Positions 1-12,713 of a DNA stretch of 64,000 nt are shown one piece after another. The stretch comes from Rotaria socialis (lineage: Eukaryota). Position 1 is the first letter of the stretch; each line of letters begins with the position of its first letter. The stretch lies in contig CAJNYD010000057.1 of assembly GCA_905331295.1 (NCBI GenBank), positions 62,001 to 126,000 of the forward strand, written 5' to 3'. The position numbers were made by a program, and so were the translations under genes. A model generated the notes under the pieces. It ran no database searches. It was given only the letters and a program-made list of their open reading frames with translations, and was not told the DNA's origin.

Positions 1-566
1 GTAAAACATTTTTTATTGAATTTTGTTTAGACCAGTATTTCTTGTCAACAGTAAAAACTCCAATTAAACGGCCATGACCCTAGAAGAACAGTGCATTGAA
101 CAGAGCTTTTTCTCATCTCAAGAGACTGGATCTAATCGTGAATGTTCCTCTTCGAAATACTTCTAATGAAAACACATATCACCATGAGAATTTTCCTCGG
201 CCTTTAAGATCCAATAATCGTTGCACGTTTTTATTTTCTTTCTAGAAAAAAAACTTTTTTTCAATATTGATTTTCTTGCAATTGTCTATGACAAACATGA
301 AAACCTCGATTATTCGGCTATTTGACCGTATTGATCCACCACAAAATAGTATGCTTTTTCCTTATTTTTTTTACCTCCTACATAATCTTTGTTTGACTTA
401 ATGAGAAACACTTTCTTGGTGAAAATTTATGTCTTTCTCTTGCCTTTCGTATTTTACGATAAGAATTATTATGTTCAATTTTTTTCACTTTTTCAAGGTC
501 AAGGCTACATCATTTGCCCTTGTGGTAAGCTGTGTAAAAAATCAAAGATACGATGGATCAAGTATC

Positions 567-856
567 CCCATGTCAAAAAATATGGTCAGTATACGGCCGT
601 TTCCGGTGAAAAAACGATATCTAAACGGATCGTATGCGGCCATGATACTGGATGCACGAATACGGCCGTATCGTAATGAAAATCCGGCGTATATACGACC
701 GTATACGGCGAAAATACGGTATCGTTTACAGTGCCGTATTACTGCATCTAGTACTACGGGAAAATACGGGCAGTTTATTGCCGTAAAGATGTCGTTTCCC
801 TATAGTTTACTTTCAGAAAACGGACCGTAAACGATATCCATTTTGATCGACCTGGA
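567..856. mobile_element. Non-autonomous DNA transposon (MITE) with internal TACGGCCGT-type subrepeats
   Basis: Imperfect termini CCCATGTCAAAAAA and TTTTGATCGACCTGG. Many internal tacgg/ccgta units. Shares the GATCGACCTGG end and the acggccgtttccgg core with the element at 1682-1743. The overlapping ORFs 389-830 are by-products. Confidence 0.6.
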
Positions 857-1681
857 AATCTTCATGCTGATCACACTTCAGTTTTCAATCTAGTTGTTCG
901 AAATCAATTACCCAGTGGTCGATTAGTTGGTGGTGAATTATTTGATAATCAGGAGCAACACGAACCTGAAGAGAATATTCTAGATCAACAAATTCAATTA
1001 ATATCAGGCGATAAGGTAATTTCACATATTCCCTTTTTGTTAAGTTAACTTTCTGCTCAATTGATTGAGGAAAGAGATGAACAACTTGAAGAAAAAAAAG
1101 ATACTTGAAAGAATTTTCTAATTTATCTTCATATACTGTAATTAATTTTAAATTCAACTTCGTACTGAAATCAAACCTAATTCAGGTTTTTTTTAATGTA
1201 CCATTCTGTCTAAAAATTGTCTACTCTTTCATAATCTTCATATTAAATAGAACTTATATTTCTTAAGTATGATAAAAAGCTTGAAAGAATTCAAATCAAC
1301 AGGAATTTCTAAACAATTGAAAGTTGCTAAAAATTGATTATTGTCTTAATTCTATATAAACGGGTATGCATAGATATATATGCCCGATTAGTCCTAGAAA
1401 AATGCGAAGCGTCTTGTATTAGAATTACAACAGAGTTAAGGTTTTTCTACTAGTGTTAAAAATAATACGAACACTTTGGTATTAGTATTCGATTGTAATT
1501 GGCACCAAATCAACATTATTCGATACATTTTTTGTGAGCACTATTCTCACAATAATGATAGCTTAATATGAATGCTAATTCAAAATTAATGTCAAAGTCT
1601 TCAATTGTTTCTTTTCACAGTAATTCATAAGTTTTATAACAACCTTAATTAATCCAATGTCAAGGCAAATGCTAATGACAA

Positions 1682-1743
1682 CTCAGGTCGAACAAGCACG
1701 GCCGTTTCCGGCCGTATATGGACTCCGTAAGCCTCGACCTGGG
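1682..1743. mobile_element. 62-bp mini-MITE (CCCAG...CTGGG type, CMC/EnSpm-like)
   Basis: TIRs CTCAGGTCGA / TCGACCTGGG match 9/10. Flanked by AA on both sides (2-bp TSD). Confidence 0.65.
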
Positions 1744-2548
1744 AAGCCGACATGCATATTCCAAAAGATAGTTAACCATAAAAAGAAAATTTTTCGTATC
1801 AGATCCAGTTCCGTGCCGTCCACAACTTTTTTCCTTTGACACATCGCAATCTAACAATTAAGCATTCATGGATAAGTTAAGGCACAGCAGAGAACACCAA
1901 TAATCATTATTTTATCATTAAAACATAGCCTAGGAATACGACTAATACCAACACTTTGTTTATTTATTACGCATAACCTCGGAGAAGAAGATCAAATTTA
2001 ACAACAGGCAGAGAAAAATGATAAAATTAGAAAAAATTATAACCACAAAAGAATACACATTCATCACCATTAGGATCTAAGTCAAATGAGAAAACTTTTC
2101 CATATTTTTTGCTGATCTTTATAAAATAATGAATCGATGTCAATAAACTATTCACATAACGATCCTTTAAAATATTAAATCTTCTTTTTCGAAGTGCAGA
2201 CTGTTTCTTACACTGGTTTCTTTTTGGTTTTGTATCTGTTTGAGAGTTCCCATGTTGAAAGTTTAATCCTCTTCAATTTTTTCAGGAACGACAAATTACT
2301 TCGAATTTATTATAGTAAATATGAGAACAGTCGATTATATCAACCGTCTTGGAACTATTTAATTGTTCATCGATTCCTCGTTAATCTTTCCTAATCATTT
2401 TCTTCGCAGATTCTTATTTAGTTCGATCGCCACCTATGAAAATGCTGGTAGAGACTCATTTCTAGGATGCCCCTTATCACTTTCCATAAAAATATTAATT
2501 CTCATTGTCGGATTAATTAATTCAACCTTAACTTGTTGATCGATCACC

Positions 2549-2654
2549 TAGACATGAGCGGGACCAATGATTTTTGGTCCCGGTCCTGGTCAAAATAAAA
2601 AACAATGGCTGCGGGCCCTGTCCGGTGGAACCGGGACCATTTTTTTCATGTCTA
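2549..2654. mobile_element. Small MITE, hAT-like termini
   Basis: Perfect 9-bp TIR TAGACATGA / TCATGTCTA. GC-rich internal ggacc/ggtcc subrepeats. 8-bp flanks cgatcacc / caaccact are partly similar. Confidence 0.6.
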
Positions 2655-3045
2655 CAACCACTACTTAATTATTAGATTGCGGTTTGTCAAAAGAAAAAAA
2701 AAGTTGCTGACAAAACTAGTCGATATCTGATGCTTATATTGCTATGCTGTTTTCGTTTCACGAATTATCGAATACAAATTAATAGAGGAAGAAGAGAAAA
2801 ATTGAATATTCATTACAATACGTCTATGCTGCTCACCTTTTTTTTTCTTTTTCTTCTATCATCCGCTACACTAGTTGAAATACATTGTCATCTTATCTGA
2901 CTGATTGTCTTATAGTCATATATTAAAGACGCTTGAACATATATATATATATATATATCAATCGATTAGTGAGTCATTTTTATCGTGTGTGAGTAAATTG
3001 TTCGCTCAACAGTTACTGCTAAGACAACCTCGTATTCATATTGAC

Positions 3046-3265
3046 ATGGCAGAAAAAGACGTAAATATACATAGAGAAAAATATTCTTCGTTTTCGAATT
3101 TTTTATAAATTAAATTACTTATCTAATTTAACATTTTAGGATGATGTTGAACAAGAAAAGATGGCAAAATATGCAGAACTATTTAATGCTGTGAAAAATG
3201 GATTTATAACGTTACAACAATATGAGACTGAAATAGTCAAACTTGTACAACAGCAGTTGATATGA
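3046..3265 (+). CDS. Putative 46-aa microprotein with a SHOCT-like motif (exons 3046-3060, 3140-3265)
   Basis: ATG, GT-AG intron 3061-3139, in-frame splice giving MAEKDDDVEQEKMAKYAELFNAVKNGFITLQQYETEIVKLVQQQLI*. Confidence 0.5.
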
Positions 3266-3949
3266 ATTGTTCTTTTTTATTTATAAATGTTTCGAAACCA
3301 TTTGGTCATAAGAAAAATAAACCAAGATTTTCTTCATCTTCCCATACTGGATAATGATTGAAAATAATGACTTTCAATAATTTTACTTATACTATTGATA
3401 ACATTCGCTGTAACTCGAATTGTTTTCGAGAAAAATTAGCTTATTCATATTGGAAAAAACCTATAGCTGGTGTTACTGAATTATCTGTTGGTATACGTTG
3501 TTTTTCATATCGAACAATATTTTAAGGCACAATATGAGTCCACGTTCAGCGATCCCATTTTGGACAAATTTGAATGACAAAAATTTTGTTCTATTCAGCA
3601 AAAAAAATTACGAAATAATATTCTCATTTTTGTTTGTATTAAAAAAATATGAGATTTGACTATTTTTTGTTTTGTTATCACTGAAAGATAATTCATTTTC
3701 ATTTAATCCTACAGTAGTGTTATCAATGAAGCAGTTCATCCTCCTCGACTTTGCACAATGATTTCTAGAGAAATTTTTCATAAACAAGTGAAAAAATCTT
3801 GTGAATTTCTGGAAATACTATATTTTCAACAAATATGATATGAAACAATCTTCATTTTGTCGCATACGAAAATAACTTGGCAAAACTCCACACTACGATA
3901 TAGAGAATGAGCCAAAAGTAAGGAAATACTGGATTCTTTTTCAGGTTTT

Positions 3950-4037
3950 TCCAATGGGAAGCAAACTGGTTTCAAATGATATCAAAATCGATTGAAATCA
4001 GTATGAAATCAACGAAATCAGTTTGTTCCCTCTTGGG
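3950..4037. mobile_element. 88-bp MITE (CCCA...TGGG type)
   Basis: About 24-bp imperfect TIR tccaatgggaagcaaactggtttc / gaaatcagtttgttccctcttggg. Internal gaaatca subrepeats. TT flanks on both sides. Confidence 0.6.
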
Positions 4038-4866
4038 TTTTTCTATAAAAGTAGATAATCAGATGGGATATTTGGAATACAATTATCATTTGATCAAACT
4101 CGAAGAATCAATGGATTGTTAATCTTTTTAGAGTTACTAGTTCGTAAAAAAAATGCAAATCTCTTTCATGTACTCTTACATGAGTGACATAAAGATTGCG
4201 TTTTCTAATCGAAGTCAATTCATTTTTTTTCTACCGAATGACATTTTTAGATAGTTTTGTATGCAATACGTCTTGAGAAGCAATACAAATCACTAAAATT
4301 TCAATCATCGTATATATTGTGATGTATACTATACAAATGACACAACTACAATGGGAGGAAAGCTACAAACATGCAAGATAATCAATGTAGAGAACACAAG
4401 AGACATTTTTTCAAAATATTTCAGCCATATTCGCAATTAATGGCAAATGAGATGCTCTTTATTTGAGTAGAGTCGTGTAGCATATAGTGTCATCTAATCA
4501 CGAGATCGAACTATTGATTTAAAACACTGAAGTGAATGTCATGTTTTCACATCTTTGATCAACCTAGTATTGAAGCTTTGCATACATCATAAATAAAGTA
4601 TAAGACTACTTAAGCAATGTCCTATATCTTTATCATTCACTTTCATTTCTTATTATTTGAAGAAAAAATTCAAAAACACTTAAACAGTGATTACTATATG
4701 ATTAAAAATGCCTTTTATAGATGGCATATTTTCTCTGGTTTCGAAACGTGTTACATGTGTGAGTTTTAATCTTATATTGTAACAGTAACTGTTTTCTATA
4801 TTTTCTATTGTGTATAATATATTATTTCGAACATTTTTTAAACAGAGCAAATGAATTTACTTTCAT

Positions 4867-5115
4867 TAAAAGTATCTGATTAAGCATAAAATTCAGACAG
4901 AAAATATTTCAAGAGTCATACGAGTAGTTTAGTTGCTTCCTGCAACAACAACAACAGCAGCAAAATCATAATAAAATAAGCAAGATCAAGTTTTATCTTT
5001 TTGGTTTTGCAGAGATTTAATTATATGTCGATAATAATCAGTAATCTTCGTAATCAAAATGAAGATGACTTATCATTAGATCAATGAAAATTGGATAAAC
5101 TGTCGAAGACTATTA
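4867..5115 (+). repeat. Arm 1 of a ~250-bp inverted duplication (arm 2 at 10901-11155)
   Basis: Near-identical reverse complement of 10901-11155. Ends exactly at the single N at 5116. Confidence 0.9.
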
Positions 5116-5116
5116 N

Positions 5117-5234
5117 CGATATTTTTCCTTCGACATTTTTCTTTCGACATTTTTCCTTTGGTCATTTTCTATATTTTTCCTTTCGATATTTTTCCCTTTC
5201 GACATTTTTCCTTTCGGTCTTTCTACGGCACACC
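5117..5234. mobile_element. Terminal fragment of a DNA transposon with TTCGACATTTTTCCT tandem subrepeats (MULE-like)
   Basis: Tandem ttcgacatttttcc units ending ...ttcggtctttctacggcacacc. Same architecture as the right arm of the element at 21897-22510. Truncated at the N gap. Confidence 0.6.
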
Positions 5235-5634
5235 TAAAAATCGAGTAGCTAATCAAAAATGACCTCTTAACATTTGGATTTTATGCATGATTTTAATTTG
5301 AGATTCAACCATTAGTTATGTAAAACTATTTTCTTTATTTCAATGCAACGATCATATTTACAAAAGAGATCAGTGTTTGCGAATGATTGTTTTTATTTCT
5401 TAAGACATACTTAAATCAAGGATAAAAAGTGCATCTCTTCTTTTTTTGTATGACATTTCAATTTGCTCGTTTTTCTTCAAATATTCGATATTCATTGTCC
5501 TTTTTTTGTAATGCAACTAGTCATGATTCAAATGTCAACAAGAAAGAAAAATAATTTATCAATCTTCAACTCGTTAACCTTTTATGAATAAATATACTCT
5601 AATCTTACACTTGATGAAAAATACAAAGACATAC

Positions 5635-6621
5635 ATGATCAAATATCTAGTGCCTATTTCGTTCAGTCTTGTTCTATGGCCAATCGACTGTCAAACAGTT
5701 CGAACAAATAGAATGAAAAATAGTCAAGAAACTTGTTTTGGTTCTCATGGCCGAACAAATTCTACTCATCATTTACAGATATGTTATTTTTATGATCTAC
5801 GGAGTCCATTGACTCTTATTTGGTTTACTATTGAAAAACGTCTAAGTGATATTTTCGATGCCTATCGATTTATTCTACGAACGACTGATGGTGTCGTACA
5901 ATCGAATGAAATCATTCAAATATTGACTAATTTTACAGAACTTATTGATTATAATAACAGCTTACGTATATTTAATCTTAACTCAGGTGTATATGAAGTC
6001 TGCATTGAACTTTATATGAATTCGACAAGATTTATTTATCAACCACGTGATGGTTGTGCGCCTATACGTACAGGCAAGCTATCGCCTGAACCGTTAAAAG
6101 CAAATTCAATGCCGTTACTTGTTGCATTGGCCAGTGGCATAGTCATGTTTTTTATTCTTGGCCTTGTCGTTCAATGGGTACAAGCGAGATATCGTAGACA
6201 ACATCAACACGATGATAAACCGCGCGCTCGATCGTCCAGTGGTCTTTCGACAACATCTTTAAAACAAAAGCGAGATCGTCTTTTGAGTTTATTTCATCGT
6301 CGCATTGATAAACCAAATGCATCATGGATGCGACAATGGGCACGTGCTGTTGCATTTCGACATCGTATTTCAACACAACAAAAACTTTTTAAAAGAACAG
6401 ATTCATCTCAAAACACGAACGAATATTTACGGACAACGATAGACACAATACGAGCTAGACCAGAGAAGCATTCTCGCCATCGAAGGTTATCTTCCGAGGC
6501 AACAATATCGACAGATCGTATTTATACAATCTCTGATAAAGTTCATCATCATGTGTTACCAGGAAATTTTTTATTTAACTTATCGGTAACAGAAGAAAAC
6601 GAAATAACATCATCAAAATGA
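5635..6621 (+). CDS. Intronless type I membrane protein of unknown function (signal peptide, possible FN3-like ectodomain, one TM helix, basic cytoplasmic tail)
   Basis: Long ORF. Likely start MIKYLVPISFSLVLWPIDC (signal peptide). FN3-like strand pattern LRIFNLNSGVYEVCIEL. TM segment LLVALASGIVMFFILGLVVQWV followed by RYRR. Confidence 0.75.
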   Translation: MIKYLVPISFSLVLWPIDCQTVRTNRMKNSQETCFGSHGRTNSTHHLQICYFYDLRSPLTLIWFTIEKRLSDIFDAYRFILRTTDGVVQSNEIIQILTNFTELIDYNNSLRIFNLNSGVYEVCIELYMNSTRFIYQPRDGCAPIRTGKLSPEPLKANSMPLLVALASGIVMFFILGLVVQWVQARYRRQHQHDDKPRARSSSGLSTTSLKQKRDRLLSLFHRRIDKPNASWMRQWARAVAFRHRISTQQKLFKRTDSSQNTNEYLRTTIDTIRARPEKHSRHRRLSSEATISTDRIYTISDKVHHHVLPGNFLFNLSVTEENEITSSK

Positions 6622-6828
6622 ATTATTCTATTTTTAAATTTCACGATAATCTATTATACGATTTCTCGTTTGTTTAGTGAATTTATTGTTAAAAACAACT
6701 CCTATCTTATTTATTTATTTGTTTAAAACAAATTCTTTTATAGAAAAACCAGAAGATATGCGCCAAATAAGATATTTAGTTCTGTGGTCTTTTTTTAATG
6801 TTTATCTTGTTTTTTCTTGAAAGTTTAA

Positions 6829-9003
6829 TTAATATGCGTTATAATATTCCCGAAATAAATTTGAATTAACACTACTTTGCATATATCGAAATGCGGGTAT
6901 ATATGTTGGATTTAGAGTCGTAGGAATATTCGATGATTTACTTTCTTCACGATTTTTTGATGATGTTTTCGATGTAATTGATCGATTTGTTCCGTAAATA
7001 TTTGATATATATTCATCAAGTTTTTCATCACTAAAGACGGGGACTATGGGTTTAACTATTGAAGATGTAGACGAAGTTGTACTACGTCTAACATAATTAA
7101 CTTTCACACCAGCATTTACTGTCGACTGACTACGACGATGAAGACTACCATTTGCAGAACTATGTGTTGATGAAATAATACTAGCTGTCCGCCGAGGTTT
7201 TTGCGTATTTGGTGATTTGACACGGTCATCTATTGATTGAGTTTCATGATTACTTAACTTTGTTTTATGCCCATTATAATCTTTAAAATATTCATCGATG
7301 ATTTCCGTCATATCCGTTGTTTTTAGACGAGGAGTTGTATCATTCGCACGGTCTACTGATTTATCATTAATAATACTTGCACTTGTTTGTCGTTGATTTT
7401 TAGAATTGTTTTCATCAATAAATCGTTGAATACTTTGAATATCAATGACAGGTATATGTTTTGGTTGCCATTGTCGTCGTGAACGAGAACGAAATTTCGA
7501 TGGTCTATCGGATTGTGGATCAATTGTATTGTTATTCGTATTCGGCCGGATGACATCCATAAATACAATACGATTACCTTCTTTAGTTATTTTTTCGCCA
7601 TGTTCATTGATTCGATATGAAAAAGAAGGAACATCCGATTTTGAAAGAGATCCTGCAGTTGATTCTTGTTCACAGTTTGAAATATCCAATGGTTGCTGTG
7701 GTAAAATTGGATTAAGGATTGGTATTGATGTCGGTACAGTCGGTACGACTTTTTCAATAACAATGGGCGCTTTTCTTTTTTCTCTTACGTGACTATTTTT
7801 CGATGTTGAAATTGGTTCAAATGAACTTGCTTGTGCATTCGACAATGACTCCTCGAATTGATCAGTATCATCAAATGATTTTTGTTTATAAGAACGGCGT
7901 TGACTACGTTTACAAGAATGTTGCGTTGATGATGAACTAAGGGAACTGCAGCTTTTACTTGAACACGTATATGACGAAGATTTGTCTTCATCTTCCATGT
8001 GGCGTAAATATGTTTGAATCTCATGGGTTGTATCATCATGATAAAGACCTTCATGTAATCCAAAAGGTGATGCAGGTGGACGCGGTCGAGTTTCAGTTGA
8101 ATTATCATCACCCCACAATTGCCATGATTCAATAATACTTGCATCTGTACGATAAAAATATCCGCCAAGTTTTGGATTACATAGATAACGTTGCCCAATA
8201 GACTCATCTGTTAATCGATTTGAACCAGGTCGATCCAATTGTGAATCGTCATCATTAGCCGGCGATATGTAAATAGCACCATTGGTTTCAGTTAATTTTC
8301 GTCCGAAACGATCTAACTAAAAATATCCAAAGAGTAAAAATCAATTTCAAGGAAAAAGAGATATAATGAAGTTTAACCTGATAAAAAATAGGTGATTTTA
8401 AACATTGAGTTCCCGGATTAATATTTGCATAGACTCGTGATACTGCTTGAATAAGTGAAAATGCTGAATCACCACTTTTAGTTATAAAACAATGGCATTC
8501 ATCGCCTGGTAACAGTTGTGTACGTCTTACAATTAGACTGAATAGTGGTGGATGTCGACTATTATTTTCTACTAATGAATCTAAAGGCGTAAAACGCCAA
8601 TCAATCATTGGTATCGATTTTGCTTGACCATTTTCAATGACAGAAAAACGAAGACTTGCACAATAGATAAGAGAAGTTATTGGAAAAAATATGGCTGCAT
8701 GTGGTTGCCGGGTAAATGCTAATTGAATACCATTATCATAAACGGATATTACTGCATCAATACCTTTTATTTTTATAATAAATATAGCTGTATTCTCTTA
8801 ATAGATGAGATATTCATTGAATTACCTCGAACTGTATTCGTCCCATCGACAGGATATCGATATGAAAATGGTTCTTGAACTGCATCAAGACCGCCAAGAC
8901 CAGCACTAGATGGTGCCGTACCCAAATAAAGGACACCACATTGAACAATTGGTTCAATAGTTTGAGTTTCAGGTAGTATAGGTATTTGATCGACACTCGC
9001 CAT
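6829..9003 (-). CDS. PTB/PID-like domain protein with a long Ser-rich disordered C-terminus (exons 9003-8826, 8763-8378, 8316-6829)
   Basis: Canonical introns join three ORF pieces in frame. PTB hallmarks VLYLG near the N-terminus and ECHCF followed by the terminal helix SAFSLIQAVSRVY. Confidence 0.75.
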
Positions 9004-10900
9004 GACTTTTTTAAGTAGATCAAATGATGAATAAGAACGAAAGTGATTGCCGTTCGTTTTCTATATTCTTTCACTATTGCACGATAAATATTGGCTATTG
9101 AACAATATTGAAAGAAAAATAGTCGATAACACAATAGGCATGTGGTAAGTATCATGTCGTGTCACGAACATTTTTAATCTTTTATGTATCGATGCACGTA
9201 TAGACAAACCTCGTAGATTTATTATATAGGTCACTAAAAGCATTCAACTGTGACAGTCATGACTTCTTTAATATACAGATAGATGTTTTGTTATTAACGG
9301 AATTTCTATAATTATAGTCATTTAAAACGCCCGTTAATATCTCATACTTAAAATGAGTCTAGAGAATCGTCAAGAATTTTTCTCATGAATTGTTTTTTGA
9401 TAATGAACCTATTTCATGGACAGAGAATAGACTAAAATTCAGACAAGTCTTTTTTGCCAACAGTAATATATCATTTTAAAGAAAATGAAATTGTTGTAGA
9501 GCTCTTCATCACTAGATTACATTCGATAGACTAGGAGTTTGATAGAAATGTTGAAATCATATTATAAACAAATGAGCAAAGTATATTTAATAACTCATCT
9601 TATATGAGAACATCAATAATGGACGTTCAGAATGAATTGACAGGAGACGATTGAGATACGACAGTTTTATATTGTATGCATCGATCAATTGATTAATGTC
9701 TAAAAGAAAACAATACTAAGTAGCTGTGAAAGTGGAGAAATTGGTAAAAAACCAAAAACTTTTTATCAATTGTTCCTAAATGTGTTAATCGATATTTTCA
9801 ATTCATTAGAAATATCATCTCAATACTAATCTGGTGTTTAATGTATTTTTTTCTAATGTAATCTTGGATTATTTCAAGCATCACTAGTGATTCGTTCCTT
9901 ACTAAGAACGGTCTTGGGTGCGATGGGACTATTTTTATTACAAAAGCTTTTCTGTAATGTGAATATCGTCTGATAATAGGCAGTGAGTACCTGGTTTTTG
10001 AAGATCCTATCATTAGTGTAAGATTAGACCGATATATGCTTATATGTATCAAAAAGAATACAATCAGGATATGTCTTGTAGCATATGTTGAAACGAATAT
10101 TCTATAGTGTCCACTTTTGAAAAGTCACAATGGTGTTCTTAATAGAAATGAAATAATAGTTCGAAGTGGATTTATATGAAATAAAGCTTTGAATCACATT
10201 TAGAACATCCTGTATGACACAATCTTTTTTTGGGATTCAAACGATGACCGCTTTTTTTAAACAATACGAGATGTTCGATTTATTACGGTGTGATGTCTCA
10301 TTCAATCATACGCCTATGATTAGAAATCTCATATTTTATAATTATGAAAGTAGAAAAAAAGAAATGCGAGTATTCACTTTTAATTAATAACGTGAAAATT
10401 GTAATGAAATATCAAGCCTAGAAAAATTATTATGATGCAGAATTCTACAGGGAAATACACGAGATTGGATGACTCTGTGCGTGTAATTCGAAGGCAGCTT
10501 TCGTTGTGTATAGCGCTAAGATTGTTTTCTAATTTTCCAGGACACTGTTTTTCCATTTAGAACAAGCCGTTAATGACATTTTACTAATGTAAAATTGATT
10601 CATATTCATTGTGTGTTTTTTATAAGAGACAATCAGAAATGTTCGACATAAAAAAATCATTCCACTACGCAAAATCCGACTGATAAAAGCGAATGTGTTT
10701 TTAGAATTTTTGATAAAAGCAAGAAGCCTTTTATATAATCATGATTATTATTTGACAGTTGATTTATTAACAGCATAAAAAACGACGATGCGTTTGTTTT
10801 GCTTTCAATAGTTGAACTATCTTTGACTTGCTAACTAATCTTAGTTTTTGTACGCATTTACAAGATTTCTTGTTTGTCATCATCATCATCTTCCTTTATT

Positions 10901-11155
10901 TAATAGTCTTCGACAGTTTATCCAATTTTCATTGATCTAATGATAAGTCATCTTCATTTTGATTACGAAGATTACTGATTATTATCGACATATAATTAAA
11001 TCTCTGCAAAACCAAAAAGATAAGACTTGATCTTGCTGATTTTATTATGATTTTGTTGTTGTTGTTGTTGTTGTTGTTGTAGGAAGCAACTAAACTACTC
11101 GTATGACTCTTGAAATATTTTCTGTCTCAATTTTATGCTTAATCAGATACTTTTA
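10901..11155 (-). repeat. Arm 2 of the inverted duplication, containing a (GTT)n microsatellite
   Basis: Reverse complement of 4867-5115 with a few substitutions and a longer CAA run. Confidence 0.9.
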
Positions 11156-11370
11156 TATATGTATGGGGAGAAAAGAAATAGCAGCACAAACATAATTGTT
11201 TACATCATTCTTAGTATTTCCGATTAGCTACAAATTATAACTATACGTTCGCAATAACATGATAATTATTATGAATAAATTTATTTCTAGGAGTCTCATT
11301 GCATTAATGCACAAATAAATATATGCGTATATATAAGATTTTGTAATAAACAAGAAGGGTTTGTTTTTTC

Positions 11371-12081
11371 TCATTTACGAATCGATATTTCAATACCATC
11401 ACGAATATCTTCTCGATATTCTAGTTTTGCTTCGTGAAATGTTGTTGTATAATTTGGATTATTTCGAATATATTCTAAATAATCTGGTGCACCCGGAAAA
11501 ATCACATTATCTGCAAGTAGCACAGTTCCGTTTTTGATTAATCCGGCATCTTCAAGCATTTTTAAATCACGTAAATAAATATTTTTCTCGTGATCAAAAA
11601 ATATAAAATCCAGCGTATCAATATGACACTGTTCGCTTAAATGTGGAATAACATTTTGCGAAAGATCATTGACAATTTTTATTCGATCTGCTGCGCCGGC
11701 ATATGTATGTATAGAACGAGCTATTTCGGCGGATTGAGAATTGGCTTCAAGTGTAATGAATACTGCATTATCGGGTAATTGAGAAAGAATTCTTAAAGAA
11801 CTATAACCAAGAAAAGTACCTAGAGATGATTGTAAATACATGAAATTTTATTTATATTGTAAAAAAATAGAAATTTTACCAAGTTCAAGAACAGTTTTTG
11901 GTTGTTTGACTTGAATAGCTTGATCAAGTATTTTCCCTTTCCGATCACCAATATTCATTAGTTCATGTTCAGTCCAACAAAATTTATCAATAGTATCAAT
12001 TACATTTTGAATATCATTTTGACGAGCATTCTTTAGAACATAATCTTTTAATACAACACGCCAATCGACCATGTTATTCAT
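11371..12081 (-). CDS. COMT: Catechol O-methyltransferase-like (soluble form), exons 12081-11880 and 11819-11371
   Basis: COMT motifs MNIGDRKGKILD, VLELGTFLGYS (SAM motif I spanning the intron), FFDHEKNIYLRDL, LLADNVIFPGAPDYLEY and DGIEIS. Confidence 0.9.
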
Positions 12082-12713
12082 TATTGATATGTACGTCTAT
12101 GTAATATGATAATGTATAAATCTTTCTTCTATTAAATATATGCGTAAATAGTTTGACTTGAATCTAAATATTTATGAACCACGTGAACTTTCTTTTATCT
12201 TTATTTCGTTGTTGTTTCTTTTATGTGGATAATGACAACACAAAAGTGTTTGTCGACGACGATTTGCATCTGTTCTGTGATTCTTTTTCTTATTGTACGC
12301 TCATCAGAGGTTATTTTCATAATGCAAATTGATCATAGAGGAAACAAATCAGCCAATTGCATTTTTATTTGAATTCCAACAACTATCTTTGTTATCTTTG
12401 AGATGATATTTTATCTTTAATAGAAAGTTAGATAGTTCAAGCTTATTTATTCTGCGAAAAAACTTGGAGTAATATTATATTCATCAAGAAAAATATTAAA
12501 CAATAAATCTTTAATGATATATACGCATATCATAAATAACCTACCGAGTTCTAGATTGCATAGGTTGTGTAAAGATTAACATAGAAAATAGCCAGTCAGA
12601 ATTATTTGATAAAAAAATTAATTTGCAAAAAAACAATCTTTTATTAATCAAATAATAAACAATGTTACAAAAAACAAAAAACAAAAAAATATCGCAATTC
12701 TAATGAAATTATT

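Noticed and set aside
389..830. ORFs of 95 and 133 aa
   Set aside because: They run through a repetitive MITE, and the RIRPY-type peptides are translation by-products.
885..1330. 90-aa minus-strand ORF and nearby coding-like sequence
   Set aside because: No ATG, no recognisable motif and stops in adjoining frames. At most an unidentifiable gene remnant.
5117..5234. CRISPR-like appearance of tandem ttcgacattttt units
   Set aside because: No unique spacers, eukaryotic context and no cas genes. These are transposon subterminal repeats.
7353..8207. Short ORFs overlapping real genes on other frames or strands (also at 6152, 15614, 26498, 29224, 52521, 58474)
   Set aside because: Shadow ORFs of the genuine coding sequences.
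9500..10050. Possible LRR pseudogene fragments (NGLGCDGTIFITKAFL)
   Set aside because: Too short and degraded to support a call.
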